64,000 nucleotides of DNA, from NCBI GenBank assembly GCA_050287785.1, contig JBNKCO010000060.1:108482-172481 (forward strand). Direction: 5' to 3'. This DNA is from Bacteroidales bacterium (lineage in GTDB: Bacteria; Bacteroidota; Bacteroidia; Bacteroidales; UBA10428). The translations under genes and the position numbers were made by a program. Under the pieces are notes generated by a model that worked only from the letters and a program-made list of their open reading frames with translations, was not told where the DNA came from and ran no database searches. Positions within the stretch are counted from its first letter, which is position 1; each line of letters opens with the position of its first letter. Below, piece by piece: positions 33,321 to 43,303 of this stretch.

Positions 33321-33336
33321 AAGAAAAACACAAAAC

Positions 33337-34230
33337 ATGAAATACTCACTAAACCAACTAGCGGCAATATTTGCAGTTCTTTTAATTACAGCGCTTAGTT
33401 TTTCTTGTAATCAATCGAATGGCTCTTCAGAGGTAAGCGATTTGAAAAGTGAGAATGATTCGCTGGGAAAAATTATTGAGCAACGTGACTCATTGATGAA
33501 TGAGGTAATGGAAGCTTTTTACCAAATTGAGAAAGATCTTTCATTCATAAAAGAAAAGAGGAACATTATTTCTGTAAAAACAGATAATCCGGAAATTGAG
33601 AAGAGCAGGAAAGATCAAATTGTACAAGATGTAAAAGATCTTGCAAATCTTCTTCAGGAGAATAAAAAAGAGATATCAGCACTAAACAAAAAATTAAAGA
33701 AATCAGGGCTAAATATAAAAAGTCTTGAAGCCAGAATTACAGAGTTGAGTGAATCTGCAGAGAATAGGAATAGTGAAATAATTAGTCTTAAAAACGAATT
33801 AGAGAAAAAGGATTACGAGGTAACAATTCTTAACGAGCAAGTGGCTGTTCTGGAAACAGAAAAAGAAAAGAATGAAGTGCTAATAGCAGATCAGAAAGTA
33901 AAAATTGATAATTACAATAAAGCATATTACACGCTTGGAACAGAAAAGGAATTGGAGCAAAAAGGTGTAATTAAGAGAGAGGGAGGATTTTTAGGACTTG
34001 GAAAAACAAAATTGCTTAGTCCGGAAATTAAGCTTGACTACTTTTCTGAATACGATATTCGAAGCACTAAATCAATTGAGGTTAGAGCAAACAATGCGGA
34101 ATTAATTTCGGAACATCCGGAAGGTTCATATGAGTTTGTTACCGAAGAAGATAAAATTACCTATCTGGCAATAAACAACATAAACGAGTTTTACAAGTTC
34201 TCAAAATATGTTGTGCTGGAAGTAAAATAA
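33337..34230 (+). CDS. Coiled-coil lipoprotein of unknown function
   Basis: 297 aa with a lipobox (LSFSC). The long heptad-rich E/K/L region gives no recognisable catalytic motif. Confidence 0.6.
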   Translation: MKYSLNQLAAIFAVLLITALSFSCNQSNGSSEVSDLKSENDSLGKIIEQRDSLMNEVMEAFYQIEKDLSFIKEKRNIISVKTDNPEIEKSRKDQIVQDVKDLANLLQENKKEISALNKKLKKSGLNIKSLEARITELSESAENRNSEIISLKNELEKKDYEVTILNEQVAVLETEKEKNEVLIADQKVKIDNYNKAYYTLGTEKELEQKGVIKREGGFLGLGKTKLLSPEIKLDYFSEYDIRSTKSIEVRANNAELISEHPEGSYEFVTEEDKITYLAINNINEFYKFSKYVVLEVK

Positions 34231-34300
34231 AATTGAAATGAGATTTCTAATATCTCATTCATAAAGACACTGGTTACTTGGTATATATTGATAGTTAAAG

Positions 34301-34332
34301 AGGGTTGAACCTGGCAGGTCAGCCCTTTTTTT
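34301..34332 (+). terminator. Rho-independent terminator
   Basis: The stem AGGGTTGA pairs with TCAGCCCT (one mismatch), followed by TTTTTTT. Confidence 0.65.
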
Positions 34333-34676
34333 ATTTACTTTTTCCCTTCATAATCTACGTTTGCAATCGAGAAACGAATTTGGATTGAAGTATCCCATTA
34401 TTCAAAAGATTATTAAGCCACAATAACGTGCATGCAAAAACCATTTGAATCCAAAGCGCTAATAGTTCCCCTGATTCAAGTTTTATTAAGTAGATGGAAT
34501 ATTAATCTAATGCATAAAACGAGCAATATCATTTAGCTAAGCCAATTTAAGTTTAAAGATATATTGTTCTCAATACCTCCAAATAACATTCAATACGAAC
34601 TGATACTAGGGTTACTTCGAGTGAAGTTTAGTAGATATTCCTTAACTAAAATATAATGCAGGCTTTTTTGAATGGA

Positions 34677-34712
34677 ATAAAAAATACCCTGAGCTTTACT
34701 CAGGGCATTTTT
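34677..34712. terminator. Bidirectional terminator downstream of the endonuclease gene
   Basis: The stem CCCTGAG pairs with CTCAGGG, flanked by AAAAAATA and ATTTTT. Confidence 0.65.
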
Positions 34713-34792
34713 AAATTATTTCTAAAGAAATCGTCTTTACCATCTGCAAAATTGAGGAGGATAGATTACTCAATCAACTATTTTTAAGGAAG

Positions 34793-36532
34793 TTATTTTA
34801 TTAATATGTGTTCAGTCTGAAAATAAGCATTGGCTTTGTCTGTAATTCTCACAAAATACACTCCAGAAGACCAAGTTGAAGTTTCTTGATTAATAATTCC
34901 TTGAGAATTAGCAAACGAGGCAATCTCCTGACCAAGTTGATTGAAAATCTTTACAATCAATCCTTTTGAGTCTTTCAAATCAATATAGATATTATCAGTC
35001 GCCGGCTGTGGATAGATACTTACTCTTTTATTAAGCAATGAAGCATTAGAAGTGCTGTTTTGTCCATCATAAAAGCAGTCTGCATCCCAATATTTATAAG
35101 CGCTTTTGTTTAGTTGATTATGACAAACCAATAATCTTCCCATGTTGTAGGTTGTTGGGTGTGCAGTTGATAGAATGTAGTATCCGGGTAGTACTGGCCA
35201 TAATAGACCTTTTAAACTTCCTATTCCTTCAATCCAGGTTGCTGATCCTTCAGTCGATTCAACAACCATTCGCTTTCTGTAACCTAAATCCGGTAATTCA
35301 ACAGAGTCAACTTCAATTACTTTATACTCACTAATCCTTAAATCTTCTTTTAAGAAATCAGAGTAAATAGTTTCCCCAATTTTTTTGGAAAAATCATAAA
35401 GCAAAAATTCACTCTTATTTTTCGGTACAAAGTATGTCGAACTGCAGGTGTCTGTTCGAATAGCTCCAATATATTGGGCCAGACTAACATTATCGTTTGG
35501 ATTATCAAAAAGTAAGACCTTAGAATATGATTTGTTTTGTATTATAGTGTCACCAATTAAACGGTAGACCTGAAATTCATGACTTGAATAGCTTGTTGTA
35601 TCATTACTTGAGAATTCAACTTCGTACCATATCGGATTATCTGCTGAAGTTGGGAAAAACGATTTGGCGCATGTTTCGCCTGTTGGAGGATCAACAGGAG
35701 GTGGGGTAGGGCCACCTTTTGGAAACCAAATAGAATCTACATACTCAGGGTGGTCAACAAAAGGATTTCTGTTACCTTGATATGTGTAAGCTTTATTATT
35801 TCTATCAATCTCTTTCTGACTGACCGGATCGTTTTTGTGCCATGTGTATAGAAGATTCAAAGCCCACTCTTCAAATACAGTTGAGTCAGTTCCATCTAGG
35901 ACATCTGATGACCATCCTTTAATAACATTTTCATATCTTGTGGCCATATAAAAGTGAGCTCTGGCAAAATCGCCCTTAAACTCATCTATTGGCTCAAACA
36001 CGGTTCCTGAATATCCTAAATCACTTTTTGCCGATCCAACCTTACTTCCATTTTGTGAGGTTGTTGTAGCAGTACCCACATTTCCATAAGGGTAATTTCC
36101 ACGCAAGGAATTTACTTTTCCATCAGTTGGAAAAATGTGATGTACATCATTTTTCATTGGGCTAACATCTCCAAACCAACTTTTTGGAAAAGAATGTTCC
36201 CTATTATAACAACTGCCTTCTCCACTATAACTACCGCATTGATCAGAGCTGGGTGTAAAGTTGTAAGGGTCAGCTCCTGTTGGATTTTCAGAATACATGT
36301 CTAAAATGGTTCCATCCTTTTCGTAATAGGTATCTGTTTCATTCGAAATGTAAAAGCTCCAAAGAGCATCGTATCCCCTGTCGGTATGGCCCTTAATTAT
36401 ATTATAGAGAGATGTTTTTAGGACAAAGCCATTTAAATTTTCTGCATCATCGTAGTATCCTGTAGGAATTTGTGCCTTAAGAATTAGTGTTGCACAAAGG
36501 AAAATGTAAAATAAACTTATTCTTTTTTTCAT
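34793..36532 (-). CDS. Secreted endonuclease I family nuclease with T9SS type A C-terminal sorting domain
   Basis: It has endonuclease I motifs NREHSFPKSWF and DVHHIFPTDGKVNSLRGNYPYG. The C-terminal segment VSIYPQPATDNIYIDL...GVYFVRI is a Por_Secre_tail. The likely start is the ATG at 36532 (MKKRISLFYIF); the track start at 36550 is TTG. Confidence 0.88.
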   Translation of the reverse strand: MKKRISLFYIFLCATLILKAQIPTGYYDDAENLNGFVLKTSLYNIIKGHTDRGYDALWSFYISNETDTYYEKDGTILDMYSENPTGADPYNFTPSSDQCGSYSGEGSCYNREHSFPKSWFGDVSPMKNDVHHIFPTDGKVNSLRGNYPYGNVGTATTTSQNGSKVGSAKSDLGYSGTVFEPIDEFKGDFARAHFYMATRYENVIKGWSSDVLDGTDSTVFEEWALNLLYTWHKNDPVSQKEIDRNNKAYTYQGNRNPFVDHPEYVDSIWFPKGGPTPPPVDPPTGETCAKSFFPTSADNPIWYEVEFSSNDTTSYSSHEFQVYRLIGDTIIQNKSYSKVLLFDNPNDNVSLAQYIGAIRTDTCSSTYFVPKNKSEFLLYDFSKKIGETIYSDFLKEDLRISEYKVIEVDSVELPDLGYRKRMVVESTEGSATWIEGIGSLKGLLWPVLPGYYILSTAHPTTYNMGRLLVCHNQLNKSAYKYWDADCFYDGQNSTSNASLLNKRVSIYPQPATDNIYIDLKDSKGLIVKIFNQLGQEIASFANSQGIINQETSTWSSGVYFVRITDKANAYFQTEHILIK

Positions 36533-36630
36533 AACTGAAGATTTACACAAAAATAAAGCGAAAGAGCTTTAGTGATACTAATAATAGTATTCAATTATAG
36601 CGAAAAAGTAAGATATATAAGCTTGGTTAA

Positions 36631-38637
36631 TTATTTTTTCTTTTTTAGGATTAAAATAAGGAATGCGAAAGAAATAACAATCAGCATGGCAAGAAGTATT
36701 GATGTTTGTCTTTTCTTTCTTACAATTTCCTCGTTGCATTCAGAAAGCTGATCCTTTAGTTCATCGATTTCCTGTTCAAAATTGGCCAAGCTTTTTTCAC
36801 GTTTTTCAATTTCGTTTCTAAGTTGTATTTCAAAAAACTGTTGGTTGCTGGCTTCTATTGTTAAGGAATCTTTAATGGATTGATATTCTTTTAAATAGAT
36901 TATTGCTTGTTTGTAATTCCCTGATTTTTCATTTAATTCATGCAAATTAGCTAGTGCATTTTTAACAAGAGTGCGATGATTTAACTCCCGACCAATTTCC
37001 AGGGAGCGGGTAAAATATGTTTTAGCTTGGTTAGTATTTTTTTCTAAAATGTATATCTCTCCAATTTTTCTGGCGCAAAGTGCTTCACCAAATTTGTTTT
37101 GAACCTTCTGGTTTAGTTCGTAGGCTTTTTTATATGTATTTAAAGCTTTTGTGTAGTTTTTTTTGTAGTTGTAAATATTCCCTAGATTATTGAGCTGGGC
37201 TGCTTTTCTCCAGTCGTCGCCAAGTTCTTCTCCAATTTTTAGTGCTTGAGTGTAATTTGATTCTGCTTTTTCTAAATCTTTTAATTGATAAAAAACGTTG
37301 CCAATTTTGTTTAATGTAATAGCAATATCTTTTTTGTTACCAACATTTTGCTTTAGGCTAAGACTCTTATTATAATATTCTAAAGCTGTTGAGTATTCAT
37401 TCTGTTTAAGGAACATGCCGCCAACTAATTCATAAGTGTAGGCCATTTTCTTGGTATCGCCAATTTCTTTTTCAATCTCAATTGCTTTGTTGTATATGAT
37501 AAGGGCTTTTTCATATAGGCCGGCAGAGCTATATATGTTCGCAATATTTTTATAAGAAGTAGAAAATACAATCGAGCTACCTACTTGTTGTTCAAGTGCA
37601 ATGGCTTCGTTATAAAATTGGAAAGCTTTTAAGTCTTCTCCGGCGCCTAAGAATAAATTACCTAGTTTATTGTAGGTTGTTGCCATTCTTTCTGTGTAAT
37701 CAAGCTTTTTGTAGATTTCCAAAGTGCTCTGATAATAAATTTGGGCGCTGTCTATTAAACCTAAGTTCTTATACGCATTTCCTATATTTTCCGATGATTC
37801 GGCTATTTCTTCAGAATTACCAAATGTTTTTCTTAATTCATGAGCTTCCTTATAGTATTCAAGAGCTTTTTCGTATCTACTATTTTGCCAATATATGCTG
37901 CCTAATAAATTTAATGAATTTCCTATTTCTATAGTATCCTTATTCTCCTTATATATTTCTATAGCTGAAAATAAATACTCTCGGGCTTTTTCATAATTGG
38001 CTATATCTCTATATACTAATGCTATGTTTTTCTTAGATTTGGCTACATCGTTCCAGTCAGCATATTGTTTTCTTAGTTCTAAAGCTTCCAGATAATAAGT
38101 AAGTGCTTGTTGGTAATTTACTTTTTGCCATTCAATGCTTCCTAAGTAGTGCAAAGATTCTGCAATTCCTTTTTTATCGTTTTTACTTTCGTAAATAATT
38201 TTTGCTTCGTTTATTAGTTCTTCTGCCTCTTCGAATTTATTCTGGTTTTTATATACGAGAGCTTTTAGGTTTTTTACATAGGCTTGTTTAAGTCTTAGAT
38301 CTAGTTTTTCGTAGATATTAAGTGCTTGACTATAGGTCATGGCCGCTTCTTCATATTCATGAATGTGAGTTAATGCAATTCCCTGGTTTGTATATCCAAA
38401 GGCTAATATCTCATCGTTAGATTTTTCTTGGCCTACTGAAACTATCTTTTTAGCATACTCAATACTTTTTATAGGCGTTTTGTAGAGGTTTGAATTAAAT
38501 TCAGCATAATAGTTTTTTATAGAGTCTTTGTCAGTCTTATTTAGGCCCGACAAATTAGGAAGCTCGTTGTTGTTCGCAGTTAAACTGTTGCTTCCTAAGA
38601 TTATAAATGACAAAATAGCTAGCAATATCTTTTTCAT
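36631..38637 (-). CDS. TPR-repeat protein with C-terminal coiled coil and membrane anchor
   Basis: 668 aa with a signal peptide and more than 10 tandem TPR-like units (A..Y..AL.I....). It also has a coiled coil and a terminal TM segment ILLAMLIVISFAFLILIL. Confidence 0.8.
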   Translation of the reverse strand: MKKILLAILSFIILGSNSLTANNNELPNLSGLNKTDKDSIKNYYAEFNSNLYKTPIKSIEYAKKIVSVGQEKSNDEILAFGYTNQGIALTHIHEYEEAAMTYSQALNIYEKLDLRLKQAYVKNLKALVYKNQNKFEEAEELINEAKIIYESKNDKKGIAESLHYLGSIEWQKVNYQQALTYYLEALELRKQYADWNDVAKSKKNIALVYRDIANYEKAREYLFSAIEIYKENKDTIEIGNSLNLLGSIYWQNSRYEKALEYYKEAHELRKTFGNSEEIAESSENIGNAYKNLGLIDSAQIYYQSTLEIYKKLDYTERMATTYNKLGNLFLGAGEDLKAFQFYNEAIALEQQVGSSIVFSTSYKNIANIYSSAGLYEKALIIYNKAIEIEKEIGDTKKMAYTYELVGGMFLKQNEYSTALEYYNKSLSLKQNVGNKKDIAITLNKIGNVFYQLKDLEKAESNYTQALKIGEELGDDWRKAAQLNNLGNIYNYKKNYTKALNTYKKAYELNQKVQNKFGEALCARKIGEIYILEKNTNQAKTYFTRSLEIGRELNHRTLVKNALANLHELNEKSGNYKQAIIYLKEYQSIKDSLTIEASNQQFFEIQLRNEIEKREKSLANFEQEIDELKDQLSECNEEIVRKKRQTSILLAMLIVISFAFLILILKKKK

Positions 38638-38765
38638 GGTGTGATTATTTTCTAGTCAGGTACAATTACATCAATATACGTTCTAGCTTAGATTAAGTAA
38701 AGAGAAGTTGTTAACATTCTTATGAATTTAAATAGGCGTTTCAATCTATGAGAATGGAAGTGGTC

Positions 38766-40871
38766 TTAAGAAATTACACTCCAGTCTGTATGTGATTTTT
38801 TTTGTCGATTCAGTTCTTTCATAAGCACAGTATTCTCAGTGCTTTCAAGACTAGGATCGTTATCAAGTATTTCTTCAGCTACATTTCTGGCGAATTGTAA
38901 AAGCTGGCCGTCGCGTGCAATGTTGGCCATTTTTAGATCGAATGGAATACCACTTTGTTGAGTACCTTCAAGGTCTCCCGGCCCTCTAAGCTTTAGGTCA
39001 GCTTCAGCAATTTCAAAGCCATCGTTTGTTGCCACCATAGCTTCAAGCCTTTTACGGGCTTCAGTTGTAAGTTTATCTGAAGTCATTAGTATGCAGTAGC
39101 TTTGGTCGCCTCCGCGCCCTACTCTGCCTCTTAACTGATGCAGTTGGGTAAGTCCAAATCGTTCGGCGCTTTCAATAACCATTATTGTTGCATTAGGAAC
39201 ATCAACACCTACTTCAATTACTGTTGTTGCCATTAATATGTGGGCTTTGCCATCTTTAAATGTTTTCATGGCATTATCTTTCTCGGCAGGCTTAAGTTTA
39301 CCGTGTATGCAAATAACATTGTAGTTAGGAGGAGAAAACACTTGCACCATTCCATCAAATCCCACCTCCAGATTTTTAAAATCGAGTTTTTCTGATTCCT
39401 TAATTAATGGATAAACAATATAAGCTTGTTGCCCCCTGTCGATTTGTTTACGAAGGAATCCAGTCATAGCCAGCCTTTTATTTTCACGGAAGTGATATGT
39501 CTGGATAGGTTTTCTGCCAGGTGGTAGTTCGTCGATAATGGAAACATCCAAATCGCCATATAGAGTCATTGCCAGTGTTCTTGGAATTGGGGTAGCAGTC
39601 ATAACTAAGACATGGGGAGGTTGGTTGTTTTTTTTCCAAAGCTTTGCTCTTTGTGCTACACCAAACCGGTGTTGCTCGTCGATAATTACCATCCCCAGAT
39701 TAGAAAAAACTACAGGATCTTCAATTAGTGCATGAGTTCCTACCAGAATGTCTAACCGTCCGGATCTTAGTTCCGAAAAAATTTCTTCGCGATCCTTTTT
39801 TTTAGTTGAACCAGTTAATACTTTAACATTGACATCAAGATTATCGAGCATTTTAATTAATGTCTGATAATGCTGTTGAGCTAAAATCTCAGTAGGTGCC
39901 ATCATACTCGATTGGAAGCCATTATCTTTTGCCAATAACATAATCATTAATGCTACCAGAGTTTTACCGCTACCGACATCACCTTGTAGTAATCGATTCA
40001 TTTGTTTGCCAGACCCAGTATCATGCCTGATTTCTTTTATTACCCTTTTTTGAGCGTTTGTTAGTTCAAAGGGGAGGTTTTGCTTGTAAAAATTATTGAA
40101 ACTGTCGCCAACTTTACTAAAAACAAAACCTCTAATTTTTTTTTGCCTGCCAGTTTTAAGTTTAAGTAGATTAAGTTGAATAAAGAATAATTCTTCGAAC
40201 TTTATTCTGGATTCAGCTTTTTGTATTTCAGCCGAGTTGTTTGGAAAATGAATTATTTTTAGTGCATCGGATAATCCTACCAGTTTTAGCTTGCTAATTA
40301 ATTGTGGGGGGAGTGTTTCATCAATGTTGAAGTTTGGCGAATTAAAAATGTTTCTAATAAGCCCATGTATCGCTTTTGAATTCAGGTAACTTGATTTTAG
40401 TTTCTCTGTTGTATTGTATTGAGGAACAAAAGCAGATTTTTCACCTTCTGTATATTTACCAACAGGTTCAATTTCCGGATGTGCAATGCTTAATCGCTTG
40501 TTAAATATAGATGGTTTTCCAAAAACAACATATTCAGCTCCAACCTGGTAGTTTTTTAGAGCCCAATTAGCCCCCTGAAACCAGACTAGTTCAATTTCGC
40601 CAGAAGTATCAACAAATCGGGCAATGAGTCTTTTGCGGTATTTTGATCCTTCACTCCGAAAAGCAGAAATTTTGCCCTTAATCTGAATGTGAGCATTTAC
40701 TGAATTTATCTCAGCAATTTTGTAGAAACGGGATCGATCAATATATTTAAACGGAAAATGATATAACAAATCCTTAAAAGTAAAAGCGCCTAATTCCTTT
40801 TTTAGTAATTCGGCTTTTTTCGGGCCAACTCCTTTTAAAAACTTGATATCTGTATCTAAAAAATTCTCCAT
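38766..40871 (-). CDS. recG: ATP-dependent DNA helicase RecG
   Basis: 701 aa with a wedge domain, Walker A GDVGSGKT, DEQHRFG and the QLHQLRGRVGRG motif. Confidence 0.96.
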   Translation of the reverse strand: MENFLDTDIKFLKGVGPKKAELLKKELGAFTFKDLLYHFPFKYIDRSRFYKIAEINSVNAHIQIKGKISAFRSEGSKYRKRLIARFVDTSGEIELVWFQGANWALKNYQVGAEYVVFGKPSIFNKRLSIAHPEIEPVGKYTEGEKSAFVPQYNTTEKLKSSYLNSKAIHGLIRNIFNSPNFNIDETLPPQLISKLKLVGLSDALKIIHFPNNSAEIQKAESRIKFEELFFIQLNLLKLKTGRQKKIRGFVFSKVGDSFNNFYKQNLPFELTNAQKRVIKEIRHDTGSGKQMNRLLQGDVGSGKTLVALMIMLLAKDNGFQSSMMAPTEILAQQHYQTLIKMLDNLDVNVKVLTGSTKKKDREEIFSELRSGRLDILVGTHALIEDPVVFSNLGMVIIDEQHRFGVAQRAKLWKKNNQPPHVLVMTATPIPRTLAMTLYGDLDVSIIDELPPGRKPIQTYHFRENKRLAMTGFLRKQIDRGQQAYIVYPLIKESEKLDFKNLEVGFDGMVQVFSPPNYNVICIHGKLKPAEKDNAMKTFKDGKAHILMATTVIEVGVDVPNATIMVIESAERFGLTQLHQLRGRVGRGGDQSYCILMTSDKLTTEARKRLEAMVATNDGFEIAEADLKLRGPGDLEGTQQSGIPFDLKMANIARDGQLLQFARNVAEEILDNDPSLESTENTVLMKELNRQKKSHTDWSVIS

Positions 40872-40941
40872 TCAACTTTATTGAGAAAAATCGTTCAAAT
40901 ATCGAAATTCTAAGGCAAATTGAAAAGATTATCTTTGAACC

Positions 40942-41733
40942 ATGGTTAATTCTGATAAACTGAATACAATTTTTCAGTATTTAAAATATGTATTTTTAGC
41001 AAAGCACAGAAAGGGGCATGGTGTTCATTCACCCTACATTTACGATTTTGTTACAAATGTTTTATTTAACAAGAACCATTTTGAGGAATATGAAAGAATA
41101 AATCAATGCTTAAGTAAACTAAGGAAATCGAAACAAATAGTTACTGTTGATGAGATGGGAGGGGGCTCAAAGGCGTTTTGTAATGCTGAACGAGAAATAT
41201 CTGGCTTAGTTAAAATTAGTTCTGTTAACAAAAAGTACGGACGTTTACTTTTTCGAATTGCACATTATTATCAACCAAATAGTATTCTTGAAATAGGAAC
41301 ATCAATAGGAGTAAGCAGTATGTATTTGAGCTGTGGAAGTCCCAAATCTATGTTATACACTGTAGAAGGAAATAAAACACTAATTGATGTTGCTAAAGAA
41401 AATATAAAGGCATTAGGAAATCAGAATGTGAATTTTAATTGCGGGTTATTCGATGATATACTTGAAGAATTATTGCCCAAAATAGAAAAACCTGAACTAG
41501 TATTTATTGATGGTAACCATACCTATGAAGCAACAATGCGGTATTATCAGTTAATCAGACCTTTTATTAGTAGAGGAATAATTATTCTGGACGATATATA
41601 TTGGTCGAAAGAAATGCAGAAGGCATGGCAGGAAATATGCCTAAAAGAAACTGTAAGCATTGACCTATTCCAGTTTGGTATTATAATATTGGAAGAGCAA
41701 TTAACGCCTGGGCAATATAGAATTAGATTTTAG
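40942..41733 (+). CDS. Class I SAM-dependent (O-)methyltransferase
   Basis: 263 aa with motif I ILEIGTSIGVSSMYL and the downstream FIDGNH typical of family 3 O-methyltransferases. Confidence 0.75.
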   Translation: MVNSDKLNTIFQYLKYVFLAKHRKGHGVHSPYIYDFVTNVLFNKNHFEEYERINQCLSKLRKSKQIVTVDEMGGGSKAFCNAEREISGLVKISSVNKKYGRLLFRIAHYYQPNSILEIGTSIGVSSMYLSCGSPKSMLYTVEGNKTLIDVAKENIKALGNQNVNFNCGLFDDILEELLPKIEKPELVFIDGNHTYEATMRYYQLIRPFISRGIIILDDIYWSKEMQKAWQEICLKETVSIDLFQFGIIILEEQLTPGQYRIRF

Positions 41734-41811
41734 AATACGGTTGAAGCAGTTTGTAATGCTTCGCAAATCACAGGAAACCTTATTAACTATACCGCGAGTT
41801 AGCTTTAGTAA

Positions 41812-42948
41812 TTATTCGACAATCTTAATAATATCTTTATCATATGGCATCATATTATTAATCCTCTTTGGATTGTCTATTACAAATGGTTCTGAATAAA
41901 TCTCGGTCATTCCTTCATAATCCATTATTTTTCCTGACATTACTTCATATCTTACGTAATTATCAAACACATAGGATATTCCCTCAGAGACGATAAACAT
42001 TCCAATTATATCATCTTTATTAACCAAATTAAAATCGGGTTTTGATAAATGAAAGTGAAGATGCGGCATGGTTGAATTTCCTGAACTTCCTATTTTGCCA
42101 ATCAAATCACCTTTTTTAAGAGTATCTCCAACACTTACCTTAATATTCAAAGCCAATAAATGTGCATAAGAAGCCATTATTCCGTTTCCTATATCTTGTA
42201 GTATTAAATTACCTGTAAAATCAGTAGGATTTTCAAATTCTTCAACTAGCGGAGGATTTGGCATATCTGGCAATGAGTCAACAATACCAATAACAATTCC
42301 ATCCGCTACTGCATATACATTTTCTTTATAGCAAAAATGATCAATGTTTTTATTGCCATTATTCTTATACAATAGACCATTCTCACCGACTTTTTCGAAA
42401 TCAATCGCAAATCTTTGATTACTATATCCCAGCTTGTATCCATCTTGTAATGAATCGTAACGGGCTTTTAAAGCAGTAGTATGGTTTCTGTGGCTGTTTT
42501 GTGGACTTGGTCCATCACACATGTACCAGAGTCCGCCTTTTACCGGTAAACCAATTGAAACACTGGATTCCTTGTTTACATCAATAGCTTTTGTAAAATT
42601 GTATATTCTATCCCCAATCTTGTATTTAATAGTATGATTCAAGGTTTTAGGTATAGTTTCTACATTTATCCAGATATATTTAATATACCTATTAATATTC
42701 TTTTTTTTAGGAAGGTTGGTATATTCAGAATCATGCAATAAAATGTTTTTGCCAGAATTAATTGAAAAATCAATAAAAACTACTGGTCTCTTAAGACTAT
42801 CCATCATGTGCAGTTCATAAACTAAACTTGTAATTCCATCTCCTCTGTAAATTTGTACAGGTTGAGGAATTGCCATTTTCATTTGTCCAAAAACATTATT
42901 TGACAATCCAATTGCTAGTAAAACCAGAATCTGAATAATTTTTTTCAT
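41812..42948 (-). CDS. M23-family metallopeptidase
   Basis: 378 aa with a signal peptide and a C-terminal LytM-type motif (GDLIGKIGSSGNSTMPHLHFHL). Confidence 0.85.
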   Translation of the reverse strand: MKKIIQILVLLAIGLSNNVFGQMKMAIPQPVQIYRGDGITSLVYELHMMDSLKRPVVFIDFSINSGKNILLHDSEYTNLPKKKNINRYIKYIWINVETIPKTLNHTIKYKIGDRIYNFTKAIDVNKESSVSIGLPVKGGLWYMCDGPSPQNSHRNHTTALKARYDSLQDGYKLGYSNQRFAIDFEKVGENGLLYKNNGNKNIDHFCYKENVYAVADGIVIGIVDSLPDMPNPPLVEEFENPTDFTGNLILQDIGNGIMASYAHLLALNIKVSVGDTLKKGDLIGKIGSSGNSTMPHLHFHLSKPDFNLVNKDDIIGMFIVSEGISYVFDNYVRYEVMSGKIMDYEGMTEIYSEPFVIDNPKRINNMMPYDKDIIKIVE

Positions 42949-43303
42949 GTTCGTGTTTCTAAATTACTAAAGCTAGCGGTTTGCGTATTAGAGTAGTGCG
43001 GAATTTTGGGGCACTTGCCTATCTACATACACCCTTACTGATTAAAAGTTTTAGCCTTAAATATAGTACTTTCCCCAGATAACTACTATAAGTTGTTAGC
43101 GGCTTTTAGTCCTAAATTATAGGCACCACTATTCATAATATGCTTCGTTACCTCTCTCTATATATATATTCAATTTTGGTGGTCATCATATCTACTTTTC
43201 CGACCCGCTTCAATTAAATTAATAGCTTTATCATATTCAAACACATCAATAAACTTCAGTTTATCATCGGATATCATAATAGTTTACTGATAATATTTTC
43301 TTA

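Noticed and set aside
43150-43278. 35-codon minus-strand ORF (MISDDKLKFIDVFEYDKAINLIEAGRKSRYDDHQN) between the receptor and M23 genes
   Set aside because: It is too short and has no recognisable family. It could be a gene fragment but cannot be supported from the sequence alone.
41734-43303. GTTAGCT (41798) and GTTAGCG (43094) strings and a GAAGCA/TGCTTC hairpin (41743..41762) flanking the M23 peptidase gene, considered as further attC sites
   Set aside because: I could not find a matching AAC-containing partner box or complementary arms. The adjacent genes are on the opposite strand and are large. The evidence is insufficient.
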